DNA of 64,000 nt, taken from IMG/VR virus record IMGVR_UViG_2524614649_000001. The stretch is one strand, 5' to 3'. The position numbers and the translations under genes are program-made. The notes beneath the pieces were generated by a model that saw only the letters and a program-made list of their open reading frames with translations, was not told the DNA's origin and did not search any database. Origin of the DNA: a virus (taxonomy: Duplodnaviria; Caudoviricetes). Shown here one piece after another: positions 38,131 to 47,630 of the stretch. Positions within the stretch are counted from its first letter, which is position 1, and each line of letters begins with the position of its first letter.

Positions 38131-38838
38131 GGTTGATGATCGGCCGTTCGATTTTCATGACCATCGCCTTGGACCGGCCGAGGGCGCGGACGAGGCTCTG
38201 GGTCGTGAGGACAGGGTAGCGCGCGGCCTCCAGCAGGTCATACATGCGGTTGGCGTGGATGGCGAAGCCGGCGTCGTCGCCGGCACGGCCGCACCGCAGC
38301 GCCTGCTTGGCCTGCCACTCGGCGAGGCTCGCGACCTTGGCGATCGGCAGGGTGGGAATGAGGGTCGTGTTCATGGCAAAGTCCTCCTGTGGCCGGGCGC
38401 ACGAGCGGCCGGCGAATGTTGAAACGTGGTTGGTTGGTGACGCTGGAACTGTCCTAAAATCCGGCGGGCGTCATCCACCGGTAGGGCAAGTGACTAGGTC
38501 ACTTGATGCGAGCGAGATCCTTGCGGAGCGCGCGAAAGACGAGGGCCGAGGCGGTGCCGTAGGCGACGACGTTGAGGCCGCAGGCGGCGAGGATCATCAG
38601 GGGCGGGCGCTCGAGCGCGACCACGACCGAGACCACGACCGTGGCGAGGCAGAGCAGCGCCATCGCGCCGCCGACGAGGATGACGAGCTTACGCATCGGC
38701 CAGGACTCCGCCGAAGGCTACAAAGAGACCCTTGGCCCAGCGGGCCTTGGCGGCCCATTTGGCCGAGCCGTAACGGCGGGCGAGCGTGTCGTAGTGCGTC
38801 CAGTCCGCGAGCGCCTGGGCGCGAAGAATTTCCATCAT
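38111..38838 (-). CDS. Three small early ORFs (38111-38374, 38499-38696 two-TM, 38689-38838)
   Basis: RBS-preceded ORFs. Confidence 0.6.
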
Positions 38839-38851
38839 GTCGTTCACTCCA

Positions 38852-38876
38852 ATAAAAAACCCCGCCGAAGCGGGGT
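38852..38876 (-). terminator. Intrinsic terminator
   Basis: CCCCGC-TTCG-GCGGGG-TTTTTTATT on the minus strand. Confidence 0.85.
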
Positions 38877-38904
38877 GAGGTTGGTTTGGGAAATTTCCCA
38901 AAAT

Positions 38905-39387
38905 TCAGTCGATAACCTTGGCCATCTTGCGGTCGAACGCGGCCAGCGCCTTGCCCAAGGCCTTGTCGGCTTGCTTGGCGCGGATGGCGGCCGCCTCGGC
39001 CTTGGCGGCTTCGGTGGCGCGGGCCAGCCGGTCGCACTCGGCCGCAATCGCTTCGGGCGAAAGCGGGTCGAGCTTCGCCTTGACCGGCAACGGGGCGCGC
39101 GGCGCGGGTTGGCGTTCGTGCCGCTCGATGAACGGTTGCGGCTGGACGGCTTCGAGCGACGTTTTGAACGCTGACAGGAAGGCGCGCGACTTTGCGATCG
39201 ACTGGAAATAGTCGCACTCGGCGCGCGGCCGGCCCTTCACAAGCGGCGCGGGCGTCGGCTTGCGATAGCCGTTCCTGTTCTGGCGCGCCTCTTTGCGCGA
39301 CGGTTGGCAGGTTTCCATTTCCCGCCGGTCGCGTTCGGCAACCCACGGGTTGCCAAGGCGGGCGAATTGTTGCGCGTTCGTGTCCAT
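38905..39387 (-). CDS. Ala/Lys-rich early protein
   Basis: ATG at 39387 with GGAGG RBS. Confidence 0.65.
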   Translation of the reverse strand: MDTNAQQFARLGNPWVAERDRREMETCQPSRKEARQNRNGYRKPTPAPLVKGRPRAECDYFQSIAKSRAFLSAFKTSLEAVQPQPFIERHERQPAPRAPLPVKAKLDPLSPEAIAAECDRLARATEAAKAEAAAIRAKQADKALGKALAAFDRKMAKVID

Positions 39388-39485
39388 AACGGCCTCCAGA
39401 TAAAGCAGGGTCAGGGGAAGGGGCGGCGCGCGTCCCTTGCCATGACCCTGCTTTGGGAAATTTCCCAAAGCAGGGTTGCGGGCGA

Positions 39486-40199
39486 TTAACCGTTGACGGC
39501 TTCGGCTTCGGCTTCGCCTTCGGCTTCAAGGGCGCGATTTTCCGCCGCGCGGATGGCTTCCATCAGGGCGAACAACGCCTTGTCGGCCGCAATGACTTCG
39601 GCAACGTCGGCTTCGGCAAGGCGAAGCGCCAGTCGCTCGGCCATGACGGCAAGCGGAGTCGTCGCAACCGCTTCGCCCGTCGCTTCGCCTTCGCCTTCGC
39701 CTTCGCCTTCGCCTTCGCCTTCGCCTTCGCCTTCCGCTTCGCCCTTGTCGGCCTTGGCGGCTTCGCGGCGCATCGCGGCCATTTCATCGCGCAAGGCATA
39801 AAGCGACTTCGGCGCATCGGGCGATGCGGTGATGAACGCCACCAGTCGCGGCTTGAACGTGTCGGCGATGCGGCCCGCTTCGGCTGCTTCAATCATTTCC
39901 AGACACAGCGTCGCTGCCTTGCGGACGGCATCGCCACCCTTGGCATAGCGAAGCGATGAGAGGCTATCGCCCGCCTTGCCGTTCGGCTTTTTCGGCTTGA
40001 ACGTGGCGAGCAAGGCAGCCGTCAAGTCGCCTTCGGTCATCGCCTTGGTGTAGAGGCCGAACAGGGTTGCTTGCCCCCATGCCGAACGGGCATTCTCGCT
40101 AGCGACTTCTTTCTGGCGTAGGGCTTCGGTCGTGACGGCATAGTCGGCTGCATTGAAAGCTTCAGCCGAAAGGGCAATGGTGCTGGTTTCATTGGTCAT
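39486..40199 (-). CDS. First early-region gene; acidic Ala/Glu-rich protein with an (EG)8 linker
   Basis: ATG at 40199 with AAGGA RBS. Confidence 0.75.
   Translation of the reverse strand: MTNETSTIALSAEAFNAADYAVTTEALRQKEVASENARSAWGQATLFGLYTKAMTEGDLTAALLATFKPKKPNGKAGDSLSSLRYAKGGDAVRKAATLCLEMIEAAEAGRIADTFKPRLVAFITASPDAPKSLYALRDEMAAMRREAAKADKGEAEGEGEGEGEGEGEGEGEATGEAVATTPLAVMAERLALRLAEADVAEVIAADKALFALMEAIRAAENRALEAEGEAEAEAVNG
39683..39734. repeat. Hexamer tandem repeat (CTTCGC)x8.7 encoding EG repeats
   Basis: Directly visible. Confidence 0.95.
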
Positions 40200-40429
40200 G
40201 GTATCGTTTCCTTTTCCGTTGCTGCCTTGGGAAATTTCCCAAAGGCCGTTGGCATGAGACGGGCACGCGCCGAGGCCGAGCGAGAGGACAGTCCCGCGCG
40301 CTTCAGACATAGCTAGCCCCAACCCCTTCGGGGTTTGGGTGGGCGTTGCGCCTCGCTGTGTGTTCCGTCTCATGCGATTGTTCTGACAGAAACAGTGACC
40401 ACTAAAAGAAAAACTTCTCATGCCATAGT

Positions 40430-40464
40430 AACACACCCCGATAGGTGACTAAATGACGTGTCAA
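40430..40464 (-). promoter_or_regulatory. Candidate sigma70 early promoter
   Basis: Consensus TTGACA on the minus strand (40464-40459) at the head of the early region; -10 uncertain (CCTATC); a degenerate GTGAC box lies just downstream of the -35. Confidence 0.45.
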
Positions 40465-40601
40465 GCACTAAGAAACCTTTGTTTTCAGGCACTTAGGCCG
40501 GAAGGGTGCCACCTTTTTTGCCCCAGATTTTTTCACTTAGAGGGAGATCATGCCCCAAATATCCCGGGGAAATTTTCGCGTTTTTCTAATCCACAACTAC
40601 G

Positions 40602-40639
40602 AAAAAGGGGCCGAGAACGTGTCTCGACCCCTTGTTTTT
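40602..40639 (-). terminator. Intrinsic terminator after primase (possibly bidirectional)
   Basis: GGGGTCGAGA-loop-TCTCGGCCCC-TTTTT, with A/T tracts on both sides. Confidence 0.75.
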
Positions 40640-40657
40640 GTTCAAAACCGCGCTGTT

Positions 40658-43105
40658 TTAGGCAGCTTTGGCCAGAGTAGGCACAGTAACCTTCAATCCG
40701 ACGACTTTGTCGCGCGTCACGAGCATCTCGTCCTGATATTCGATCACCCGGTAGCCCAGGCCCTCGAGCATCGTCTTGAACCGCTCGAAGGTGACGCCCA
40801 TGCCGCGGCTGACATCCTTCATGTAGAAGAGATACTGGTCGAACACCGTGCGGCAGTCCGCGACCGAGGCTTCGTCCGGACGGACGCGCTCGCACGACTG
40901 CAGGAACGCGGCCACGCTGTTGTTCGAGCGGAGCACCAGGTTCTCCAGCCGCTTGTGCGACTTGGGCAAGGTATATTCCCGCTGCTCCAGCAGACGCTTC
41001 AAGCCGTCGACCGCCCACGCGGCGATCGCCTCGCGCTCTTCCGAGATCACGACCTCGGCGAAGTTCAGGATGCGCTCGCTCTCGGGGACCTTCCTCGTGA
41101 ACTCGAAGATGATCCAGCGGCGGATGAAGCCATCCGAGGTGTCGCGCGAGCGCGGCAGGTGGTTCGAGGCGAACCAGTGCGCCGCCATCGGCGGGAACGT
41201 GAACCCGTCCTTGCCCTTGTATTCGGTGTCCTGGCGCTCGCCGCAGACGATCCCCTTGAACCGCTCGCCCGCGATCATCGCGTCTTCCGGCAGCTCGCCG
41301 CAGACGTTGAGCACCTTGCCGACCAGAGCCGTCAGCGCGAACCGCTCGCCCCATTTGTGCGGGGGTAGGGCGCAGACCGCGTTGTCGGGCATCATCGCGT
41401 CGAGGATTTCCAGCACCTGGCTCTTGCCGGTCTTGCCCGGGCCGTAGAGCAGGATCGCGCGCTGATACTCCGGCGCGATGCCGAACATGGTGGCCGCGAT
41501 GACCTCCTGCAGCGCCGCGACCTTCTCGTTGTAGTCGGCGTCATCGCCCCACGCGCTCTCCAGCATGCCGAGGAAGCGGTGGCACTCGTGGCGGCGCTCG
41601 GGGATGTAGTTGAACGGCAGGGTGAACGTCTTGCCGAAGTGCGGCGCGTGGTCGTGCAGCTGCAGCGACATGTCGAGGAAGCCGTTGGCGAAGTTGATGC
41701 CGAGCTCCGGATTTTCCTCCAGCGGCATGTTGACCAGCGCGCTGATCGTCTTGACGATCGACGCATAGTCGTTGTGGCGCCGCGCCAGCGCGTTGCCCTT
41801 CACCCGCTCCGCGATGTGGCGGTAGATGTCGTTGTCGTCGAGCATCCCGAAGCACGACCCGTTCCACTGCCAGAAGGCACCCTGGTCGTGACGCAGCTCG
41901 CCGCCGCGCGAGATGTCCTCGATCACCATGCGGGCGATCGCCTCATGATCTTCCGCCGCCCCGTCGCCGGAGCCGACGCGGGCCATGACGAACATCTTCT
42001 TGAGGGCGGGCTTCGACATCTTCACCGCCCCGAGGGCATTGACCAGCACCGGGATCAGCGCGTCGAAGTGGTGCTCGGCGAACTGCTCGTCCTTCGCGAC
42101 CTGAGCCACCAGCTCCTCGACCTTGGTCAGCGCCCAGTCGTCGTCGGCGGGCTTCGCCGAGACCTGCTCGTTGATCCAGTCGCGGGCGCGGGAGAAGGTC
42201 CAGCGTTCCGCCTTGTTCTTCTCGGCGATCGCCGCGATCGTCGGGTGGGCCAGCTGCTCTTCGGTGAGACCCGCGTCCCAGCCTTCCGGCAGCGTACGGC
42301 CGCCTTCGATGTCCTTCAGCAGGAACTCGAGCAGTTTCGCGATGCCCTTCTGGGGGTCCATGTCATCACCCGCGACGCCCGCGGTGAAATTCTCGACCCA
42401 GTGGTGCATGTGCTGCATCGCTTCCGACAGCGACCACTTCTCGTTCTTGTCGAGACCGAACACGACGCGCGCCAGGTAGCCCGCGTGGCGGACCAGCTGA
42501 ATATCACGCTCGCCGGCCGGGACGACGTCGAGCGGCTTCGAGCGCCCCTCGTGGGCGAGCGACACGCCGCCCTTGACGCCGAGCGCCTCGCGCAGCTGCG
42601 TCTCGATGGTCACCGGCAGCACCGGGATTTTGTCCATCACCTCCCACAGGTTGGTGTTGGCGGTATACGCCTCGCCCGTATCGGGGTGGATCGACGGCGG
42701 CAGCACCATCTGGTTGCCCAGACCGAGGAACTCGCAGATCATCCCCTCGTCCGAGCGGATTTTGAAGTTCTTCTGGCCCTGCCAGCGGTAAATCAGCGCG
42801 CAGCCCTTCGCACCGACACGGCGCCACGGGGTCATCGGGAGGCAGTCCTCGATGATCTCGACCAGCTCGGGGTCGGTGGTGTCGATGTCGATCGCGCACA
42901 GGCCCGAGGCAGGACCGAACGGCAGGCCGATGTTCGAGCGGGGGTAGGTTTCCAGCCAGTGGCCGCGGACGGCCGCGGACGGCATGTTGGTGCCATACTG
43001 GGTCCACTCCGACAGGATCGGAGCCTTGCTGCGGACCTTGAGCGGCATGGCGGGGAGACCCGCCTCCCAGTAGAGCGGGGCAAATTCACGGAAGACGTTG
43101 GACAT
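40658..43105 (-). CDS. Bifunctional primase-polymerase fused to an SF3 (D5-like) helicase
   Basis: NIGL...AIDID, QMVLPPSIHP; GPGKTGKS Walker A, GEL, FASN. Confidence 0.93.
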   Translation of the reverse strand: MSNVFREFAPLYWEAGLPAMPLKVRSKAPILSEWTQYGTNMPSAAVRGHWLETYPRSNIGLPFGPASGLCAIDIDTTDPELVEIIEDCLPMTPWRRVGAKGCALIYRWQGQKNFKIRSDEGMICEFLGLGNQMVLPPSIHPDTGEAYTANTNLWEVMDKIPVLPVTIETQLREALGVKGGVSLAHEGRSKPLDVVPAGERDIQLVRHAGYLARVVFGLDKNEKWSLSEAMQHMHHWVENFTAGVAGDDMDPQKGIAKLLEFLLKDIEGGRTLPEGWDAGLTEEQLAHPTIAAIAEKNKAERWTFSRARDWINEQVSAKPADDDWALTKVEELVAQVAKDEQFAEHHFDALIPVLVNALGAVKMSKPALKKMFVMARVGSGDGAAEDHEAIARMVIEDISRGGELRHDQGAFWQWNGSCFGMLDDNDIYRHIAERVKGNALARRHNDYASIVKTISALVNMPLEENPELGINFANGFLDMSLQLHDHAPHFGKTFTLPFNYIPERRHECHRFLGMLESAWGDDADYNEKVAALQEVIAATMFGIAPEYQRAILLYGPGKTGKSQVLEILDAMMPDNAVCALPPHKWGERFALTALVGKVLNVCGELPEDAMIAGERFKGIVCGERQDTEYKGKDGFTFPPMAAHWFASNHLPRSRDTSDGFIRRWIIFEFTRKVPESERILNFAEVVISEEREAIAAWAVDGLKRLLEQREYTLPKSHKRLENLVLRSNNSVAAFLQSCERVRPDEASVADCRTVFDQYLFYMKDVSRGMGVTFERFKTMLEGLGYRVIEYQDEMLVTRDKVVGLKVTVPTLAKAA

Positions 43106-43108
43106 GGG

Positions 43109-43636
43109 TTAGCTCCGGAAGGGCTCGAGGCGCTTGAGAAATTCGTCCCGCTTTTCGTCGGGCACGAGGTCGTCGAGGATGCCGACGACGGTGGACTGGA
43201 AGGTCGCGACCTTGCGGACGGATGCGAACCGCTCGCGGATGGAGACCAGCTTCTCCATCAAGGTCGTCTGGGTCTTGATGATCGTCAGCTTGGTCGACGT
43301 GTCGAGGTTCTTCAGCTCGCCGTCGGCATCCTTGCCCAGCTCGCGCAGTTCCTTGAGCAATTCCTTCGCCTCGGTTTCGAGCTCGACCGCGTCATCGTCG
43401 GTGATCTCGCCCGACTTCTTGGGCCGGCCGACCTGGCCGCGGGTGGGCTTGTCGATATATTTCTCGACGATCACCTCGATCTCCTTGGGCTGGAACAGCT
43501 TTTCGAGGAGCGCGACAGTGTCGTTGTCGTAGGGGCAGTCCGGCTTGCGAAGGAACCCGGGGGTTGCGTCGCACTGTGCCTTGAGATCGGCGAGGCCAGA
43601 CAGCACGCCGAGGCGAAGGGTGGGGTAGTTGCTCAT
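43109..43636 (-). CDS. Putative terminase small subunit
   Basis: Divergent from terL; helical, with an AT-hook-like GRPKK; assignment from context only. Confidence 0.45.
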   Translation of the reverse strand: MSNYPTLRLGVLSGLADLKAQCDATPGFLRKPDCPYDNDTVALLEKLFQPKEIEVIVEKYIDKPTRGQVGRPKKSGEITDDDAVELETEAKELLKELRELGKDADGELKNLDTSTKLTIIKTQTTLMEKLVSIRERFASVRKVATFQSTVVGILDDLVPDEKRDEFLKRLEPFRS

Positions 43637-43764
43637 GCCCACCCTATGCCCCTCGGCCGGAAATTTTCTCCAGCCAACTTTTTGAAGTGACTCAGTCAGT
43701 CACCGTCCACCACATCTGATTTCCACCTTGTTCAACCACCCCGTTCTCGGCCTTAGCGTGGTGG

Positions 43765-45507
43765 ATGTTCGAAGAGCTCTACCAGACTGTGAAGGCGCGC
43801 TACGGCGCGGGCGCTTCGAACCAGTCGATGAGCGACTGGATCAGCAACAACACGACGATCAAGCGGGCCACGCCGTTCAGCTTCGACAAATACGAGTTCC
43901 AGCGCGCGATCATCGACGACATGCACCCCGACCTGTCGGTCATCAAGTGCTCGCAGGTCGGTCTGACCGAGGTTCAGCTCCGCAAATATCTCGCGATGCT
44001 GACCCGCCAGGACAACCTCTCCGGCATCTTCACCCTGCCGAACGAGGACATGTTCAAGCGCGTCTACAAGACCCGTCTCAAGCCGATGATGGACCGCGAC
44101 GAGATCTTCAATCCGCCCACTGACACCAAGCCGATCCGGTCGACCGGCCTCGTCCAAATCCGCGACAGCTTCGGCTACATCACCGGCTGCGGCGAAGACG
44201 ACGCGACCTCGATCCCGGCCGACTTCCTGTTCCACGACGAGCTCGACCTGTCGCCCGAGGACATGATCGGCCTCTACCAGTCGCGTCTGCAGAACTCGGA
44301 CATGAAGATCACGCAGAAGTTCTCGACCCCGACCTTCAAGGGCTTCGGGATCGACAAGAGCTACGCGCTCACCGACCAGCGTGAATATCTGGCCCGCTGC
44401 GGCAGCTGCAACCACTGGCAAATCCCGGTTTTCAACCGCCGCTTCGTCCACTGCGAAGAAGCCGACATGCTGGACGTCAAGGACCTGACGGACATCACGG
44501 CCGAGCAGATCGCGCTGATGGCGCTCGATGAGACCTATGTGAAGTGCGAGAAGTGCCACGCGCGGCTCGACCTGGCGAACCCGGAGATGCGCGAGTGGGT
44601 GGCCCGCCACCCGGGCCGCACCGCCTTCCGCGGCTACTACGTCCGCCCGTTCAGCGCCGGCCGGCTCAACCCGGCCTATGTCTTCGGCCAGCTGGCGAAA
44701 TACCGGACGCAGGGCTTCATCCGCGGCTTCTACAACACCGTGCTCGGCGAGCCCTACAACTCGGCCGACGCGCAAATCCAGCGCGACGACGTCGAAGCCT
44801 GCATGAAGGGCGGCGAAATTCCGAACGTCGGGGATGACACCCCGGTGTTCCTCGGGGTCGACGTCGGCTTCCAGTGCCACATCACCCTATCCTACGACGA
44901 CCCGGTCACCTTCGAGCCGGTCTGGGTCCTGTTCGAGACCGTGCCTTACGCCCGCCTCGAGACCCGGATCGCCGAGCTGCGGATGGTCTACAACGTCGTG
45001 CAGGGCGCGATCGACCGCTTCCCGTTCACGCCGACGGCGGACGCCATCCGCCAGCACACCGGTGGCGTCATCATGCCGATCCAGTGGCGTGGCGTGGCCG
45101 GCCTGGCGCCGGTCAAGGACGAGCTGGGCGAGCTCACTCACTACAGCGCGAACCCGACCCTCATCTTCGACCGCATGCAGGCCGTGATCGGCCAACGGAA
45201 GATGGTGATCCGTGGTTACACGCATTTGAAGGAGACGCTCATCACCCACGTCTGCGACATGGTGCGCGACGAAAAACCCGACGCCAACGCGGAAGCGGTG
45301 TGGAAGAAGACGAGCGGCAACGATCACTTCTTCCACAGCATGGCGTTCAACATGCTTTCCCGGAGGATTTGCGAGCACATGTATCACACGCAGAGCGGCT
45401 CCGAAGGCAGTTCCTCCACCATCGTCGGCACCGTTGTCGGCGCAACCACCCAGGGCCGCCCGCTGCTCGGCAGCGCGGCCCGTAGTTCGAGGCTTGGACG
45501 CGAATGA
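43765..45507 (+). CDS. terL: Terminase large subunit (GpA-like)
   Basis: IKCSQVGLTE Walker A, FHDELD Walker B, FSTPT, GVDVG nuclease, DHFFH. Confidence 0.93.
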   Translation: MFEELYQTVKARYGAGASNQSMSDWISNNTTIKRATPFSFDKYEFQRAIIDDMHPDLSVIKCSQVGLTEVQLRKYLAMLTRQDNLSGIFTLPNEDMFKRVYKTRLKPMMDRDEIFNPPTDTKPIRSTGLVQIRDSFGYITGCGEDDATSIPADFLFHDELDLSPEDMIGLYQSRLQNSDMKITQKFSTPTFKGFGIDKSYALTDQREYLARCGSCNHWQIPVFNRRFVHCEEADMLDVKDLTDITAEQIALMALDETYVKCEKCHARLDLANPEMREWVARHPGRTAFRGYYVRPFSAGRLNPAYVFGQLAKYRTQGFIRGFYNTVLGEPYNSADAQIQRDDVEACMKGGEIPNVGDDTPVFLGVDVGFQCHITLSYDDPVTFEPVWVLFETVPYARLETRIAELRMVYNVVQGAIDRFPFTPTADAIRQHTGGVIMPIQWRGVAGLAPVKDELGELTHYSANPTLIFDRMQAVIGQRKMVIRGYTHLKETLITHVCDMVRDEKPDANAEAVWKKTSGNDHFFHSMAFNMLSRRICEHMYHTQSGSEGSSSTIVGTVVGATTQGRPLLGSAARSSRLGRE

Positions 45508-46997
45508 AGCTCAACCCGGTCAAGCTGATCCTGCCGAAGGGCAAGGGCGTCAAGGGCGGCAAGTCCTTCACGCCGACCTACAACCAGCGTCAGCCGCTCC
45601 TGAAGGCTCCGACCTACCGCGAGCACCTCCAGGACCTCTACAACTCGCGCCTGTCGAGCGACAGCCGCGACCTTCTGAGCGCCGCGGTCAACCAAGACCC
45701 GGACGTCTCGGCCGCCGTTCACGCCTACCTCACGATCGCGGGTAGCGCGGACCTCGTCATCTATGCCTTCGACGACAAGGCCCAGCTGGACATGGAAGGC
45801 GTCAAGCTCGGCCGGGCGCTGCTCGACCAGCTGACGACCGTCTCGGATTACTCGGTAGGCTATTCGGCCAAGCCGCTGCTCTCGTCGCTGTGCGAGAGCA
45901 TCCGTTATTTCATGATGCTCCGCGGGATGGTCGCGGCCGAGCTCGTCTTCGACAAGCAGATGGTGCCGAGCGAGCTGCGGCTCGTCGACCCGGCATCGCT
46001 GATCTGGAACGAAAAGACGCCGGGCGTCTTCGCACCGGTCCAGAAGCCGAAGGGCTCGCAGGTCGAGATCGACCTCAACATCCCGACCTTTTTCACGAGC
46101 CGGTTCCACCAGAACCCGACCGACATCTACACCTTCTCGCCCTTCGTCTCGGCCATCAACACGATCGCCGCGCGGCAGGAAGTCATCAACGAGCTCTACC
46201 GCATCATGCGGGTGGTCGGCTATCCGCGCCTCGACTTCGAGGTGCTGGAAGAGGTGCTGCAGCAGAACGCTCCGGTCATCATCCGCAATGACCCCAAGAA
46301 GATGCGCGAGTTCGTGGACGGCGAGATCGCCAAGCTGACGACCGCCCTGCAGACCATCCGGTCGGACCAGGCGCTGGTCCACTCGAGCGCGGTCAAGGCC
46401 AGGGTCATCAACGACAAGAACCCCGGCGCCGGGATGCAAATCCAGCAGATCATCGACGTGCTGGACGCGCAGAACCAGTCGGCGCTCAAGGTCATGCCGG
46501 CCGTGATCGGCAAGGCGGATGGCGGCCAGGTGGCCGGCACCGAAGCGCGCCTGTTCGCGCTCGGCGCCGACAGCATGAACCGCGCCGTCGCGGGCGTCCT
46601 GACGCAGTCGCTGACCCTCGCCGCACGCCTCGCGGGCTATCAGGGCCGGATCGAAGCGCGCTTCCGCCCGGTCGAGCTCCGGCCGGAGCTGGAGCTGGAG
46701 CCGCAGAAGGTGATGAAGTCGTCGCGCCTCAAGCAGGACCTGTCGGCCGGCCTCATCACCGACGACGAATACCACATGGAGATGTATGGCCGCCCGGCAC
46801 CGGAAGGCGCGGAGCAGCTGTCGGGCACCAACTTCCTGACCCCGAACGCCGGGGCGGCGAACGTCGACGTGACCGACATCTCCCCGAACCAGGACGCCCA
46901 CGGGCGCTCGCTCGCCCCGCCGGGCGGCAAGTCGGCCAAGTCCAACGCGAGCAAGCCCGCTGCGGCGCCCCAGACGAAAACCGCCAAGAAGGAATAG
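45504..46997 (+). CDS. Portal protein
   Basis: Follows terL with ATGA overlap; size and helical pattern. Confidence 0.8.
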   Translation: MKLNPVKLILPKGKGVKGGKSFTPTYNQRQPLLKAPTYREHLQDLYNSRLSSDSRDLLSAAVNQDPDVSAAVHAYLTIAGSADLVIYAFDDKAQLDMEGVKLGRALLDQLTTVSDYSVGYSAKPLLSSLCESIRYFMMLRGMVAAELVFDKQMVPSELRLVDPASLIWNEKTPGVFAPVQKPKGSQVEIDLNIPTFFTSRFHQNPTDIYTFSPFVSAINTIAARQEVINELYRIMRVVGYPRLDFEVLEEVLQQNAPVIIRNDPKKMREFVDGEIAKLTTALQTIRSDQALVHSSAVKARVINDKNPGAGMQIQQIIDVLDAQNQSALKVMPAVIGKADGGQVAGTEARLFALGADSMNRAVAGVLTQSLTLAARLAGYQGRIEARFRPVELRPELELEPQKVMKSSRLKQDLSAGLITDDEYHMEMYGRPAPEGAEQLSGTNFLTPNAGAANVDVTDISPNQDAHGRSLAPPGGKSAKSNASKPAAAPQTKTAKKE

Positions 46998-47000
46998 ACG

Positions 47001-47585
47001 ATGAGCACGATGTGTCGCACCCTGATCAACCCGACCTACGACCGGGCATGGATCGCCAAGCAGGCTGGCATCCCCAGCTATGCCGAGACGCTCGATGAGG
47101 AAGGCTTCTGGGTCTACTCGGCCTCGGACGCCGAGCGCGCGATGGAGATCATCAACGACTATCCGGTCCTGTATCTCGCCAAGGCCGGCCCCGAAGCGAA
47201 GAAGCTGATCGAAGCCCGGGCGGCCAAGGCGTTTCTCGACGGCTTCGAAGTCAGCCAAGGCCCGCTCGCCGGCCACCGGCTGCAGTGCCGCGACGCCGAA
47301 GACCGGACCAACTGGCTGTCCAGCCAGGTCAGCTATTCCGCGGCGATCGGGCTCGGCCTCGGCGACGAGCCCGGCGCGACGTTCCGCACGGCCGCGAACG
47401 AGACCCTGCAATGCACCTACCGCGAAGGCTCGGCCGTCCTGCTAGCGATGGGTAAATGGGGTGCGGGCATCATGGGCCGTGCGTGGCAGCTCAAGGACCA
47501 GGTCAAGTCGGCCGGTAGTCTTGCCGAGCTGCAGCTCGTCATCGACGACATCGACAATGGTTGGCCGACAACCGCGGCGGTGTAA
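47001..47585 (+). CDS. DUF4376-like fibre-associated protein
   Basis: LQCRDAEDRTNW...FRTAANET...AWQLKDQV. Confidence 0.7.
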   Translation: MSTMCRTLINPTYDRAWIAKQAGIPSYAETLDEEGFWVYSASDAERAMEIINDYPVLYLAKAGPEAKKLIEARAAKAFLDGFEVSQGPLAGHRLQCRDAEDRTNWLSSQVSYSAAIGLGLGDEPGATFRTAANETLQCTYREGSAVLLAMGKWGAGIMGRAWQLKDQVKSAGSLAELQLVIDDIDNGWPTTAAV

Positions 47586-47630
47586 TCCTCTTTCCTAGAA
47601 ATCGACCATGCCTCTGGCGAAAGCCGGGGC

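Larger units (their letters stand above)
37624..40242. repeat. Four exact TTGGGAAATTTCCCAA palindromes (37624, 38886, 39453, 40227); the third extends to a 32-bp palindrome at 39445-39476
   Basis: Directly visible; all intergenic. Confidence 0.9.
1676..43700 (-). promoter_or_regulatory. Ten AGTGAC-N3-GTCACT-type boxes (1676, 4568, 10058, 17186, 18200, 26664, 33183, 37692, 38489, 43686)
   Basis: Each lies in or at the edge of an intergenic gap upstream of a minus-strand gene; the AGTGAC half is invariant. Confidence 0.85.
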
